From assembly GCA_963793265.1 (NCBI GenBank), contig CAWBZI010000001.1, positions 704,001 through 768,000 of the forward strand: DNA of 64,000 bases, in the 5' to 3' direction. A program made the translations under genes and the position numbers. The stretch comes from an uncultured cyanobacterium. Lineage in GTDB: Bacteria > Cyanobacteriota > Cyanobacteriia > Phormidesmidales > Phormidesmidaceae. This document shows positions 35,027-45,974 of this stretch, piece after piece. How positions within the stretch are numbered: the stretch's first letter is position 1; each line of letters opens with the position of its first letter. A model generated the notes under the pieces. The model searched no databases and had not been told where the DNA came from. It saw only the letters and a list, made by a program, of their open reading frames with translations.

Positions 35027-35077
35027 AGTATATGCAACAAAAATAGATAAGAATAAATAGCTTTATATGAAAGCGCG

Positions 35078-37948
35078 CTACGGCGTGACGCGGGTCTTGA
35101 ACCGAAAGAAGCCGTAGGCGTCATTAGGAGTGCCGGGGCCTGTAGAACCAGGAAATTGAGTTAGGGTTGGCTCGCCCGTACCGCTTGCGCCTGTAAGATC
35201 GATAATGAGCGTGCCGTTGTCGTTAGGCTCTTGTAGGTTACAGGTAGCATCGACCGGGGCGGTGGCGGCGATCAGTTGAGTGCGATCGCTCCCATCATCC
35301 GCCGCCGTCAAGCCCAACACCGGGCTAGTCCCAAGCTGCAACTGCACGTCTACACCGGGGCCATAGGCATCTGTGACAAAAAGCTGATCGGGGAATAGGC
35401 GATCGCACAGCCGCACGTCAGTCACCGCCACCCCACCCGAATTCAAAAAGTAGACCGTATATTCAATCTCATCATTAGGCTGTACGCCGCCTGCATCAAC
35501 AGCACCGACGAGATAGTCAGCAGGCCAGTTAGGATGATTGTCATCAGCGGCCTGCGGCGAACCTGTGTCATCTTCAAACTGACTCAAGTCGGTGCCGTCA
35601 TTTGGATTTATCGCCGCACCATTGACAGCCGTAATTCGCTTAACCATCAAAACTTCTGCCGTCGCTGGTGTTATTACAAGCTGATAGTCTTCTACTTCGC
35701 CATCACTCGCAGCGCCTAGCGATCGCTCATCTACCTCAGCCGTATTTACATCGTCACTTAAGCTATCTGTTGTAAGTCTAAATCGCGCGTAGGTCGTGCC
35801 TCCCATAGCACTAACCGGGACGTCCCAGCTTAAGCTAGCGGTCGTATCACCTGAAGCGACGGTTGCACTTTGATACTCGCCTTCTTCAAACTCGCCGTTT
35901 TGGTCAAAGTCAATCCAGGCATGGAGGATTGCATCTGCCCCTGTCGTGTTGTTGATTGGAATGTTGTTTAGGGGGTATGAAGTGTTGGCGATCGCACCCG
36001 ACAAGCTCGCAAAAGCATCATCTACATCATCAGTTGCATCGCCATTGCTGTCGGTACCATTCCCAAAGCCATCGCTGTCATCTGTTACGCCACCGCCTAA
36101 AAAGAGAGTGCTATCAGTACCGTGCAAAGGCCCGCCGTCACTCGCTAGCGTACGGTAGTTACCAGCGCCACTACCTGCGCCTGTATCAGGCGCATCGCCA
36201 TAGTCCGCCGAGTCAATAATAACGACATCGCCTTCCTCTACCTCACTCGGCGTATATGTCCACAAGTCCAGCGTTTTAGTATCGCCAAAAGCGCCTGTAC
36301 ATTGTTCGTTTGTATTTCCACCGCTGGGTACACCAAATACGTTGAAGCTACCAGAGGAAGAATCAGCACCCGTGAACAGGTTAGTAGCTGGCGGATCAGG
36401 CGGATTAGTGCCACACAAAGCATCATCAGTCGGATCGCCATCGCCTGGATTGCGGTCTTCAACGAGCGTTCCATTCAGCGTAAAGTAGCCCCGATGATCG
36501 TAAAATGCAGTCGTGTTACCGAGTGGATTCGTGCTGTTCAATAGCGTGTAGGTGGGGCCGCCAAAAATATTGTTCTCAGCATCGCTCATCGGAAAGTGAT
36601 ACTCGCCGCCATGAATTTCTATACCGTACTCAAAGCTACCAACCGGGAAAGGTACGCTACTGTTGTCTTGACCATTCCAATCAACAGTTTGAGTACCAGA
36701 GCTGCTCATCACACCTCGTAACACTTTATTTTGAGAATTACCTGGATCAAAATCTACGCCATCTCGGCTAATAACAATTTGATAAACGCCGGGCAAATTA
36801 CTATCAAAAGAGAACGTACCGCCTGTGTTGACGGTAGACGTATTACCCACAACATCGCCCGTAAATGAAGAGTTGCTAGCAACAGGGAAAATAGGTATTG
36901 GTGAGAACCCTACGCCCTCTTCTACACCTGTGATCGGATTATAAACAGGCAAAAATGGTAAAACTGAACTGTCTATTTCATTGAAGAAGATAGGAAACTG
37001 CGGGGGCGCGCTGCTAGTGCCGCCGACCGGATTAGCAATATCGCCATTAGTACCCAGCACGTCGCGGTACAGTGGGGAGGCCCCATCACTATCCAAATTG
37101 CCAAGCTGGTTACCAAAGATCCTAAACCCAAAGGGATCTAGCCCACGCATATCAATTTCATAGCGATAGCCGTCTGCCGTTATCGGGTACAAGTCAGAGT
37201 GCAACTGCCTCCCGTTGTTCCCCATGTTGATGCTCATGAAAAAGGTATGCAGGCGACCTTCAAGATCATCAACAGAGTCGAGCGAGTTGCTGCGTACAGT
37301 CACATCCCAAGCTGATATGCCGGTTGTTTGGTTAGTACCTGTGTTGACCGCTTCAATGTTGCTTTGGATAGTGTTGGTATTAGTATTACTGTTGCTGCCA
37401 CTTGGGCCGTATATCGCTACGTAGTAGATACCTGTGGTCGGGGCCTTATAAAAGCAAGGCCGGTAGCCAGCCACATTGCCAGACCCGTTGATAGATTCTG
37501 GCCCGGCTAGCTCTTCAGCCCGGCTGCTAATAAAGCCCCGTCCGCTCTGGTCAGTGCAGGTAAAATCTGCGGTAGCGGGCAGACTCTCGTTTGCAGCAGT
37601 GCCGGTGACCCTATCAGGATCGAATATTTGAATATTGCCACTACCCACGCCCACGGTGGTAGAGCCTACCAAAATATGCTCCCCTTGCTCGGCATACACC
37701 CGGAATAAAGTGCGATTTTTGAATCCGGCTGAGGTGCCATTACGCCAAACAATATGGCCTCGGTTTCCAGGGGCACCGCTAGGGAACATATCGCGGCTAC
37801 CTTCTGCCTGGGCCGGTTGTATCCAGGCTCCCAAAGCGCACAGCGCAATGGATACGCTACTGGCGAGATAGCACCCTGCTCGCTGCTTAGATATTTCGAA
37901 TTGATCAGCTAAAAACATGGGGAGATCCGTTCGGATAATCGCAGCCAT
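35078..37948 (-). CDS. Secreted adhesin-like protein: N-terminal domain, FlgD-like Ig, GEVED, incomplete C-terminal DUF11
   Basis: AQA-EGS signal cleavage; VDWNGQD; DYGDAPD..AWIDFDQNGEF..GEVEDY; LMVKRITAVN..CDRLFP..YGFFRFKTRVTP*. Confidence 0.85.
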   Translation of the reverse strand: MAAIIRTDLPMFLADQFEISKQRAGCYLASSVSIALCALGAWIQPAQAEGSRDMFPSGAPGNRGHIVWRNGTSAGFKNRTLFRVYAEQGEHILVGSTTVGVGSGNIQIFDPDRVTGTAANESLPATADFTCTDQSGRGFISSRAEELAGPESINGSGNVAGYRPCFYKAPTTGIYYVAIYGPSGSNSNTNTNTIQSNIEAVNTGTNQTTGISAWDVTVRSNSLDSVDDLEGRLHTFFMSINMGNNGRQLHSDLYPITADGYRYEIDMRGLDPFGFRIFGNQLGNLDSDGASPLYRDVLGTNGDIANPVGGTSSAPPQFPIFFNEIDSSVLPFLPVYNPITGVEEGVGFSPIPIFPVASNSSFTGDVVGNTSTVNTGGTFSFDSNLPGVYQIVISRDGVDFDPGNSQNKVLRGVMSSSGTQTVDWNGQDNSSVPFPVGSFEYGIEIHGGEYHFPMSDAENNIFGGPTYTLLNSTNPLGNTTAFYDHRGYFTLNGTLVEDRNPGDGDPTDDALCGTNPPDPPATNLFTGADSSSGSFNVFGVPSGGNTNEQCTGAFGDTKTLDLWTYTPSEVEEGDVVIIDSADYGDAPDTGAGSGAGNYRTLASDGGPLHGTDSTLFLGGGVTDDSDGFGNGTDSNGDATDDVDDAFASLSGAIANTSYPLNNIPINNTTGADAILHAWIDFDQNGEFEEGEYQSATVASGDTTASLSWDVPVSAMGGTTYARFRLTTDSLSDDVNTAEVDERSLGAASDGEVEDYQLVITPATAEVLMVKRITAVNGAAINPNDGTDLSQFEDDTGSPQAADDNHPNWPADYLVGAVDAGGVQPNDEIEYTVYFLNSGGVAVTDVRLCDRLFPDQLFVTDAYGPGVDVQLQLGTSPVLGLTAADDGSDRTQLIAATAPVDATCNLQEPNDNGTLIIDLTGASGTGEPTLTQFPGSTGPGTPNDAYGFFRFKTRVTP

Positions 37949-38008
37949 TAGAGTGCCCGGTTAAATCAAAGAAAGTCGATTTGTGAAAGTGTCGAACCTT
38001 AAGAGTTG

Positions 38009-38047
38009 ACAAAACCCGGCAAAGTGAAAAACTCTGTCGGGTTTTGT
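38009..38047. terminator. Intergenic stem-loop inside the fibre locus
   Basis: ACAAAACCCG..CA / TG.CGGGTTTTGT inverted repeat. Confidence 0.5.
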
Positions 38048-38098
38048 TGCTTTTTGTTTAGGCGATCGCGCCAGTCAAGGCTTCCGAATCAAGTCACT

Positions 38099-39932
38099 CT
38101 AGTCAACTTGAACCGTAAAGCGAATAAACCCATACGAACCCTCAGGCGTTCCAGGCGCAGTGGCATTCGGTAAGTCAGTCGGCACCGTCACATACACACC
38201 ACCGTCAGTATTAGTACCCTGACAAGGCGCAGCAGGTGTAACTGAGTTATCGAAGCTATAGCCCGCATCGTCACCAGTATCAGCATCCGTTAAGGCTGTA
38301 GGTGCAGCGGTACCCTGGCTAATTTGCAAAGAGCCTGCAACATAGGTCGTATTTTCAGGCACTAGGTCACAAAGCAGAACGCTTGCAGCCGTCGTGTTGC
38401 CGTCTGAAAGGAAGTAAATAGTGTAATCAATCTCTTCATTGGGCTCTGCTGCTGCTTCAATATCACCTTGCAGATAGCCACTAGGCCAGTTCACGCTAGC
38501 ATCATCGTCAGGATCAGCAGGATCGTCTACAACAGTTGCGATCGCATCTCCGCCCACACGGGTCACACGCTTCACCAGCTTCACCGCCGGAGCCGCACCT
38601 TCAATCGTAATCTGATAGTCTTCAACTTCACCGTTTGAAGCAGCATCGTCTGGTGTGAGCCCCGTATCAGAGCTATAGCGGAAGCGAGCGTAGGTTTCGC
38701 CTGCAACAGAAGAGAACGGCACTGTGCTCGTAATCGTCACCAAGTTGCCAGTCGGCGCTTCATCAGTCGCTACCTGCTCACCCGGATCGTCAAAATCACC
38801 GTCGCGGTTAAAGTCAATCCATGCGTTCAGCACACCTGTGCCCGCAGTGGTTACATCTAGCTCAAACGTCTCACCCGGCGCAAATGTCTCACCGTGTAGC
38901 GTCGTGCCCGCGCCGCCATCATCTAGCAGCACGCCATCATCTTCAGCCGGGCCATCGTCACCAGCCGTACTTTCAGCATCCACAACCGTCCCCAAGAAAG
39001 TCACGCCATCAACCACGTGGCTAGGTCCATCGGCCTGGCTCTGTTTGATAGTCACCTATACCAGTGGCAGGCGAAATATCAGGCGCATCACCGTAGTCAA
39101 GCTCAGGCTCACCCACGGGCACTGTCAAGGTATCGCTGGCTTCTCGCTCAGTGCTAGGCGATCCGTCAAGGTCACCATTTTCTGTTGCGGTGTTGTCTTG
39201 AGTAACCACATCGCCGTCAGCGCCATATTCACCGCCAGCCGTGAAAGGGACATTCTGATCAGCCGCAGAGGGTGTATTACCCAAAGCAACCGTGATTTCA
39301 TCCGTGCCCGGTACCAGGTCAGAAGCAGCCTTGATAGGAACGCGCACTTCAATAAAGCCATCAACCGGCAAAGAGCCACCGTTGGGCAGTGAGGCAAAGG
39401 TGCCTGACGACGCACCGGCAGCGGGAACAGTCTCGCTAACAGTGGTTGTAGTGGTGCCGTCGCTATAGGCAACAATCTCAATGGGATTGGCCGGATCAAA
39501 CGCACCGTTGTCAACGTCGGAAGGTGCGCCCGGAATGAAGATCTGAGTTTGGTCATTACCGATGTTCGTGATGCGGTAAGTGAAGTACACAACATCTTCT
39601 GAGCTGATGATGCCATCACCCTGGCTTGGGCCTGGATCGTTAACCGTGTTAGGCGCTTCTGATGCGCCTTGAGCGGTTACATCAATACCGGCCACTTCAG
39701 CAACGGTAATGGTAACTGTATTCGACTCAACTGGAATTGCAGTACCCGGATCGGCTGGGCTCTCAAACGAACCGTAGGCGGTGTTGTCAATTTCAGAGCC
39801 CGCAGCCGTGCCTTCAGCTAAAGCTGGCAGCATAAATGTGCTCAGCAAAACAGCGCCGACGAGAGAACGGAAATACTGTTGTTTTCGATTCTTTTTGAGC
39901 TTATTAGAGAGTTTATTAGAGGTAGATTTCAT
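38099..39932 (-). pseudogene. Secreted DUF11/GEVED fibre subunit interrupted by a frameshift at about 39030-39036
   Basis: ATG 39932 (MKSTSNK..), signal peptide, EGTAAGSEIDNTAYGSF..; DYGDAPD..GDYQTEPG continues in another frame as GPSHVVDGVTFLG..GEVEDY..YGFIRFTVQVD*, matching the intact paralogue at 35078-37948. Confidence 0.8.
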
Positions 39933-40086
39933 GGTGTTAGCGTCTGAGAAGGTTGTTAAGTGATTGAGCAAAAAGATCCACAGGAGGAGTGGAGGGCAAC
40001 AGCCTTGAGATTTGAAATTGAGAAGGCCAATAATTTCAAACGTCAAGGTTGTTGTATTGTTTGTTAGTTCGAGTAAGTCAACTGGT

Positions 40087-43000
40087 CTAATCGACAGTGA
40101 CGCGGAAGCGAATAAAGCCAAAGGCGTCGGTCGGCGTACCAGGGCCAGTTGCGTTAGGGAGCTGATCGGGAGAAGGCGCTAGGTTGACGAGTACGGTGCC
40201 TTCGTTATTAGCGCCTGGGCAAGGCGTAGGCGTCGCATCACCAATAGGAAGAAATTCAGCGCCGTCGCCGTCGGTGTCAGTATCAGAGAGGTTGGTGGTG
40301 TTGCTGTTGGTGAAAAGCACCATGGAGTCGTTGACGTAGGTGGTGCCGTTGGGGATGCGATCGCACAGTTTTACATTCGTAATCGGCGCGTTTCCAGTTG
40401 CCAGGTAGTAAACGGTATATTCCACCTCATCACCGGGCTCTGCAAGCCGATTAGTCGCCCCAGCCAAAAACTTACTCACGCCTGCGCTAGTCTGCCCAGC
40501 AGGCCAGTTAGGATGGTTATCATTATCATCAGTATCGTCATCTACACTATCTGGCAGCGATGTTCCGTTAATCGCCGTAATACGCTTAACAATCGCTAAA
40601 TCCGAGTTTGTGTAGTGGCCGAAATTATTATCAGAATCGGTAATATTTAGTAGCGCACCGAAGTCAGCAGCTTCTAGGTTATCTGTTGTAAAAGTGTCAT
40701 TTTCCGGTGGCAGCGTGGCCGGATCGACATCTAAAACAAACGCACCATTTGAGGCAAAGAGAAAATCATAAGTACCATCTGCTGCCGTATTCTGTGGGAC
40801 TAAAAAGACATCGTTGCCGTCTACTGTGCCATCACCATTGGTATCTCGATAAAGTCTAACTCCAGCGTTCGGCGTACCGGTATCACCTGCGTTGAGCGTG
40901 CCGCTGGTGTCTGGATCAAGAAAAACGGTGCCTGTAATTCGGTTAGGAGGGCCGGTCAAGCAAGCAACGCTTTCATAGTCAGTACCCACAGAGAGCGTGC
41001 TGATTTGGGTGGCTTGTCCTGTTGTCTTATCAACGCTGAAAAAACGGTTCGTGTCGCCTGTTACGGCATAGAACTGACCATCGTTAAAGGCCGTTAAGCC
41101 TTCCATATCACTGGTGCCAAAGGGGCCGATAGCTGTCGTCGATCCATCTGTTGTATTAATGCGAATATAAGTATCTGCGCTGGTGCTACCTGCATTGGCA
41201 ATACCATATAAAAAGCCTGTTTCTGGGTCGAAAGCGATATCGTCAATATCCGCTAATCCAGTCGTCGCATCTGACTGGATTACCAGATAATCTATGCCAG
41301 GGCCAAATGCATCAGCAACTCGATTGCCTGTTACGGGATCGATTTTGATCAATAAATCATCAGGTATACCTTCATTACCCTGGCGCACAGAGCCATAGAG
41401 TTCGCCAGTAAAAGGGTGGAAGGCCAGCCCGTCGATATCGGCAAAGGTTCTGTTGCCCTCGCTGCCGTTACCTGATCCGATAGTGCCCAGGGTGCTGTAG
41501 GCTCCTGTGTTTGTATTCAATATGCCTAGCGTGTTGGCATTAGTCGCGTATAGCGTGTTAGTGATAGGCCAGTAGGCGATCGCCTCAATATTCGGCACTC
41601 CAACCGGGCCAATATTGCTTTCTGCGCCCGAGTTAATGTCAATTGCAACCAGGCGATCGCCCCCATCTGCCACCGAATAACAAATCGTTCCACCCGGCGG
41701 CGGTGTCGTATTCAGCACCGTCACCGCGTCATCTTCATTGTTGGTCAGATCAGGATCGGTAATATCGTTGTTACGAATCGCCTTAGCTGAGTTAGTGATT
41801 TGCCCGGACGCCGAGCTAGAGATAATTCCCGTGACGGTGTAAGTCGCAACCGCCTGATTATTAAGATCTAGCGTGGTGTTGATGTCGTTACCCGTGCCGC
41901 TATCGTCGCCGCAGCTACCGTTACCGCTGGTTATATTGCAGCTCCAGCTTACGTTAGTTAGCGAAGCCGGAATCTGATCTTCAAAGCCAATGCCTGTCTC
42001 ATCACTCGGGCCGTCGTTTGTCACCGTAATTGTGTATTCGAGCGCATCTCCCGGATTCGCGACATCTAAATCAACTTCTTTGTTGACGATCAAATCGGCT
42101 TCTTTGATGACGATGCCGCCCTGCAAAGCCACGTCAGCAGACGGGTAATACACCCAGGTATCGATACCTCTGCGATCGCCAAAATTATTTGTAAACTCAT
42201 GTGCACCCGCCGAGCTATTAATACCTGTAAGCGGGTCGCGATCGGCAGAACCGTTTCCGTAGCAAACAGGATCCGTAACGCCTGCATTTGTGGTCGTTTC
42301 ACCAGACGCACACAGCGAGAAGTCACCACCCAGGTTGCGATCGTCGTAATAAACATTAAAAGGATCTTCATCTTCACTGGTCGGGCCAGCCGGTTGATTA
42401 AGCCGCCTGAGGATAAGACCTCTCGGATTTTGCTCTGCGTCGATCATCGGAAAGTGAGCCTCTCCACCGTACAGATTCACTCGCACGTTATAGGGAATTG
42501 TACTTGGTAGAACAGGCGTTTGATTGCCGTCTAGGCCATCCCAAAACACGCTATTAGCACCGACAACGGCTCTGCCGACAAAGGTGCGGTCATTGCCATT
42601 GCCATAGTCGCCGTCGTTGTTGAGATCTATTGTGATCGAGAAGGCGCTTTGCGTAGGACTGTTGAAACTGAGCGTACCGCCTAGTGGATTAGTACCGGCC
42701 TGGCCAGGCGTGCCTTCAATGCCTGTAAATTCGACACCCGTTGGAATAGGTGGAGGCAGAGGAGGACTCAGCAGCCAGGTAGAACCCGTAGGAGAGTTCG
42801 CAGAACTTGGCATACTTGGATCAGGCAGGTTGATAAACGTTTTGTGGGTGATGTAGATACCCAAATCGGGGTCATTGGGATTTTGAAAGCCGTAGCCAGG
42901 CGGGATTTGCTGGCCAATATTAGCACCCGTCATCTGAAGAGAACGAAAGATAGAGTCGCCAGAAGACTGCTCAAAAAAGCCATTGCGATTGGCAAACAAA

Positions 43001-43701
43001 ATGAAACCGTAAGGATCTAGTCCATTGAGATCAAGATCGTACTGATAGCCTTCTTTAGTAAGAATAAAAAATTGAGAGCTAAGTGACCGGCCGTTGCCAC
43101 CGATATTAAACGCAAAATAATTAGCGTACGTACGGCCTTTTCTTTTTGCTCCGGTGTTAGAACTATCGGCCCTAACCGTTACGTCCCATGCCGAAATGTA
43201 GCTTACGCCATTCGGCTGCGTCCAGTTTGCGGTTCCTGCTGCTACTGCTGGATTCGTACCGTTTGCTTGGTTAGGGCTAACAAAGTCAATTTCCCAAATA
43301 CCTGCTTGACCTGGCCCTATAGTCACCTTGCAAGGCACAAACGTACCGCCAGAGCCGTCACCGGGCCCAGCAATCTCTTGTGCTCGGTTGAGAATTCGTC
43401 CAACGGCACCACAGGTACCAGCATTGTTGTTAGGATTGCGATATCTAATGACGCCATTACCGATGCCAACGGCGCTGGAGCCTAAGTTAATTGTTTCGCC
43501 TTCTTTGGCATATACCTTAATAATTGTTCTTCTTGGAATACCGCCACTCGTGTCATCACGAAATTCCAAGTAAGGTCGATCGCCGCCGCTACTGACAAGA
43601 TCCTGGCTACCTTCTGCGATCGCGCTAGGAGCCGCAAAACTCGCCATACCGCCAAGCAACAAAAACGTACTGGCAATGTTGATGTAGCCTTTATTAATCA
43701 T
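40087..43701 (-). CDS. Large secreted adhesin-like protein: N-terminal domain, FlgD-like Ig, complete DUF11, beta-propeller, SdrD B-like, incomplete C-terminal DUF11
   Basis: AIA-EGS; VFWDGLDGN; ADLIVNK..PGDALEYTITVTNDGP..EDQIP..ITNSA..DP..TNN; IDGLAFHP/IDDIAFDP blades; LAIVKRITAIN..FGFIRFRVTVD*. Confidence 0.87.
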   Translation of the reverse strand: MINKGYINIASTFLLLGGMASFAAPSAIAEGSQDLVSSGGDRPYLEFRDDTSGGIPRRTIIKVYAKEGETINLGSSAVGIGNGVIRYRNPNNNAGTCGAVGRILNRAQEIAGPGDGSGGTFVPCKVTIGPGQAGIWEIDFVSPNQANGTNPAVAAGTANWTQPNGVSYISAWDVTVRADSSNTGAKRKGRTYANYFAFNIGGNGRSLSSQFFILTKEGYQYDLDLNGLDPYGFILFANRNGFFEQSSGDSIFRSLQMTGANIGQQIPPGYGFQNPNDPDLGIYITHKTFINLPDPSMPSSANSPTGSTWLLSPPLPPPIPTGVEFTGIEGTPGQAGTNPLGGTLSFNSPTQSAFSITIDLNNDGDYGNGNDRTFVGRAVVGANSVFWDGLDGNQTPVLPSTIPYNVRVNLYGGEAHFPMIDAEQNPRGLILRRLNQPAGPTSEDEDPFNVYYDDRNLGGDFSLCASGETTTNAGVTDPVCYGNGSADRDPLTGINSSAGAHEFTNNFGDRRGIDTWVYYPSADVALQGGIVIKEADLIVNKEVDLDVANPGDALEYTITVTNDGPSDETGIGFEDQIPASLTNVSWSCNITSGNGSCGDDSGTGNDINTTLDLNNQAVATYTVTGIISSSASGQITNSAKAIRNNDITDPDLTNNEDDAVTVLNTTPPPGGTICYSVADGGDRLVAIDINSGAESNIGPVGVPNIEAIAYWPITNTLYATNANTLGILNTNTGAYSTLGTIGSGNGSEGNRTFADIDGLAFHPFTGELYGSVRQGNEGIPDDLLIKIDPVTGNRVADAFGPGIDYLVIQSDATTGLADIDDIAFDPETGFLYGIANAGSTSADTYIRINTTDGSTTAIGPFGTSDMEGLTAFNDGQFYAVTGDTNRFFSVDKTTGQATQISTLSVGTDYESVACLTGPPNRITGTVFLDPDTSGTLNAGDTGTPNAGVRLYRDTNGDGTVDGNDVFLVPQNTAADGTYDFLFASNGAFVLDVDPATLPPENDTFTTDNLEAADFGALLNITDSDNNFGHYTNSDLAIVKRITAINGTSLPDSVDDDTDDNDNHPNWPAGQTSAGVSKFLAGATNRLAEPGDEVEYTVYYLATGNAPITNVKLCDRIPNGTTYVNDSMVLFTNSNTTNLSDTDTDGDGAEFLPIGDATPTPCPGANNEGTVLVNLAPSPDQLPNATGPGTPTDAFGFIRFRVTVD

Positions 43702-43809
43702 GAATCAAAAGAGATTTCTGAATTTAGTAGAAGTCAGTAGCAAAAAGAACATATATAGCTAGTTGTTCCCGTTTTAGCTACAAACACATCAACAAGTGTT
43801 GTTACGTTT

Positions 43810-45954
43810 TTAAGGTTCAATTTGCAAATCTTCTTCCTGGTTAAAGAAGGTTAAATCTACGCCTCTGACATCAGTAAAGACAAACTCAACTCGGCGGTTA
43901 CGCGCAAAGTTAGTTCGGTTTGTTTCAGCGACCAGCAGTTCTGTTTCGCCAAGCGAGCGAATCGTCATCCGCTCAGCACCAATGCCCTTGCTAAGTAGAT
44001 ATCTACGCGTATTTTCTGCCCGACGACGCGCCAAATCCTGATTGTATTCAACGCTCGCACGTGAATCGGTATGGCCGTGCAAATCAATGACAATGCTGGG
44101 ATACTGTTCTAATACGGTGATAATTCTATCTAGTACAGCGGCACTTTCTACGCTAATAAAGTCCTGATCAAGGCCAAAGTGAACGTTTCGGGGCACTTCT
44201 AGCTGAAGAATTTGCGGCACTTCTACAGGCGGCGCAGGTGGCCGTGAGGTAGGTGGCGCAGGCGGCGTGGGCGGCACAGGTGTAGTTGTACACTGAGGCA
44301 TCACTTCGCCAACAACAGACACCACGTCATTGCTACCTGAGAGCGAGCGAATGGAGGTGTTAAGCGCAGGTTCGGAGGTGCCGTAGCGAGGATCTGTCGC
44401 GATCGCACTCAATACTTCTCCTCCTAAGAAAGAATCAAGCACAAACTCAAAATCGCCCGCTTCATCAGCCATAGCCGTTGCAAGCGGATCGCTCAAAGGG
44501 CCATACGCATCAGCTACGCCCGTAGAGCGATAGAGCTGAATTTCAGTATTAGCATCAGCCTTGCCACGAACTACAGCTTTGCCGTCGATCACAAAGAACT
44601 CGGGGCTGATGAACTGAGGTGCGTTTACCGCGCTGTTGCCGGTATCCTGCCTGCGGTTGCGAGAGTTGCGCTGAGGGTTGGGGCCATCGCCAGTTTGAAA
44701 GTTTTGGGGGTTGCGATCGCGCCGGGCATTCAAATCAATACTCAGCCCCTCATTATCATCAAAGAAATTTCCCGTAATCACATTGTTGTTGCTTTGCGTA
44801 TTCGGCCCTCTACCAAAAGCGGTCACGACAACGCCGCTACCTTTCTGGCTTCTAATATCGTTACCAATCACTCGATGGTCATCTCCCATCAAATACACCG
44901 CTGCCCGCCTTAGCCGCTGGCCGTTGTAGCGAATGTCATTATCAACAATCGTAACGGCCCCATCCGGCTTAAACAAGAAAACGCCGCTGCCGTCATTACC
45001 GCAGATGAGATTATTAGAAATCAGGCCGTTACTGACACTGCCATCCATCCGAATCGCATCCGGCATTCCAGCTAGGCCATTGCCAACTACAATATTCTCA
45101 ACAATTTGTAGATTGTCAGCCTGACGACCCGTGATAATGCCGCTACCGTTGTGATACTCAATTCTATTTCGCTGAATCGTTGCGCCTTTGCTATCAAACA
45201 CCGACACGCCGAAACCAGAAGGATTTTCTGGCAAAGTGCCCGCTGTTGTAAGGCCCAGCCAGTTTTGTTCGATCACAACACCTGTAGGGGGTTCGTCGTT
45301 AGATTGTCCTGCGAACGGAAGGAGGTTGTTACGGTTGAGAGGTGCCGGGCGGTGAGTGATGAAGATGTCGGCGGGTGGGGTGGATTGGGTGATGCGATCG
45401 CTCGCGTTAAATCCATACAGGTTAAGCCCGCGAACAGTAACGTTACTTGCTGAAACCGTCAGGCCACGAAACACTTCTTTATTCGCCGCTGGTCGTAAGG
45501 TAACGGCTGGAATTGGGATCGCAATTTCTGCGGTTGCTGATGAATTGGCATCATAGCCAGGCTGGCTAGTGCCGTCGATGATAACGCCAGGCTGCGAGAT
45601 GGCAGGAAGAACAGATTCCAGCTCAATTGCAGTTCGGCCAGAGGGTAAGTTGAAACGGATTTCTGAACCGTTTTGACTAGCGACGACCAACTGTTGCTCA
45701 GCCGAACTCAACTCAGAACGAAGCAGCGTTCCATTGGTTAATTCAATGGCTTCTCGTAAGATCAGCTCAGCATCAGGTTGAATTGGGCCATCAGCCGGGC
45801 TGTTAACGGTTACCTGAACGGAGGCAGGGCGGGAAGCCTGCGCCAAGCTCACGGCGGGTATCAGCAATGCACTAAGCAAACCGCAGGTTGCCAACAGCTT
45901 TAAACGAAGTTGTCTTTGAGAACGTGTATGTGCCATCTGTTTTACGGGGGCCAT
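43810..45954 (-). CDS. Parallel beta-helix protein with C-terminal OmpA-like peptidoglycan-binding domain
   Basis: Signal peptide; repeated I..N.I..N.G.GI; Pro-rich linker; VHFGLD..LHGHTDSR..YNQDLARRRA..RNRRVEF. Confidence 0.88.
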   Translation of the reverse strand: MAPVKQMAHTRSQRQLRLKLLATCGLLSALLIPAVSLAQASRPASVQVTVNSPADGPIQPDAELILREAIELTNGTLLRSELSSAEQQLVVASQNGSEIRFNLPSGRTAIELESVLPAISQPGVIIDGTSQPGYDANSSATAEIAIPIPAVTLRPAANKEVFRGLTVSASNVTVRGLNLYGFNASDRITQSTPPADIFITHRPAPLNRNNLLPFAGQSNDEPPTGVVIEQNWLGLTTAGTLPENPSGFGVSVFDSKGATIQRNRIEYHNGSGIITGRQADNLQIVENIVVGNGLAGMPDAIRMDGSVSNGLISNNLICGNDGSGVFLFKPDGAVTIVDNDIRYNGQRLRRAAVYLMGDDHRVIGNDIRSQKGSGVVVTAFGRGPNTQSNNNVITGNFFDDNEGLSIDLNARRDRNPQNFQTGDGPNPQRNSRNRRQDTGNSAVNAPQFISPEFFVIDGKAVVRGKADANTEIQLYRSTGVADAYGPLSDPLATAMADEAGDFEFVLDSFLGGEVLSAIATDPRYGTSEPALNTSIRSLSGSNDVVSVVGEVMPQCTTTPVPPTPPAPPTSRPPAPPVEVPQILQLEVPRNVHFGLDQDFISVESAAVLDRIITVLEQYPSIVIDLHGHTDSRASVEYNQDLARRRAENTRRYLLSKGIGAERMTIRSLGETELLVAETNRTNFARNRRVEFVFTDVRGVDLTFFNQEEDLQIEP

Positions 45955-45974
45955 CTGTTTTTACTGAGACGGGT

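Noticed and set aside
38724..39392. 222-aa plus-strand ORF and many similar antisense or overlapping ORFs (e.g. 30010-30564, 54527-55063)
   Set aside because: Shadows of long genuine minus-strand genes; Ser/Pro/Val-rich with no recognisable motifs
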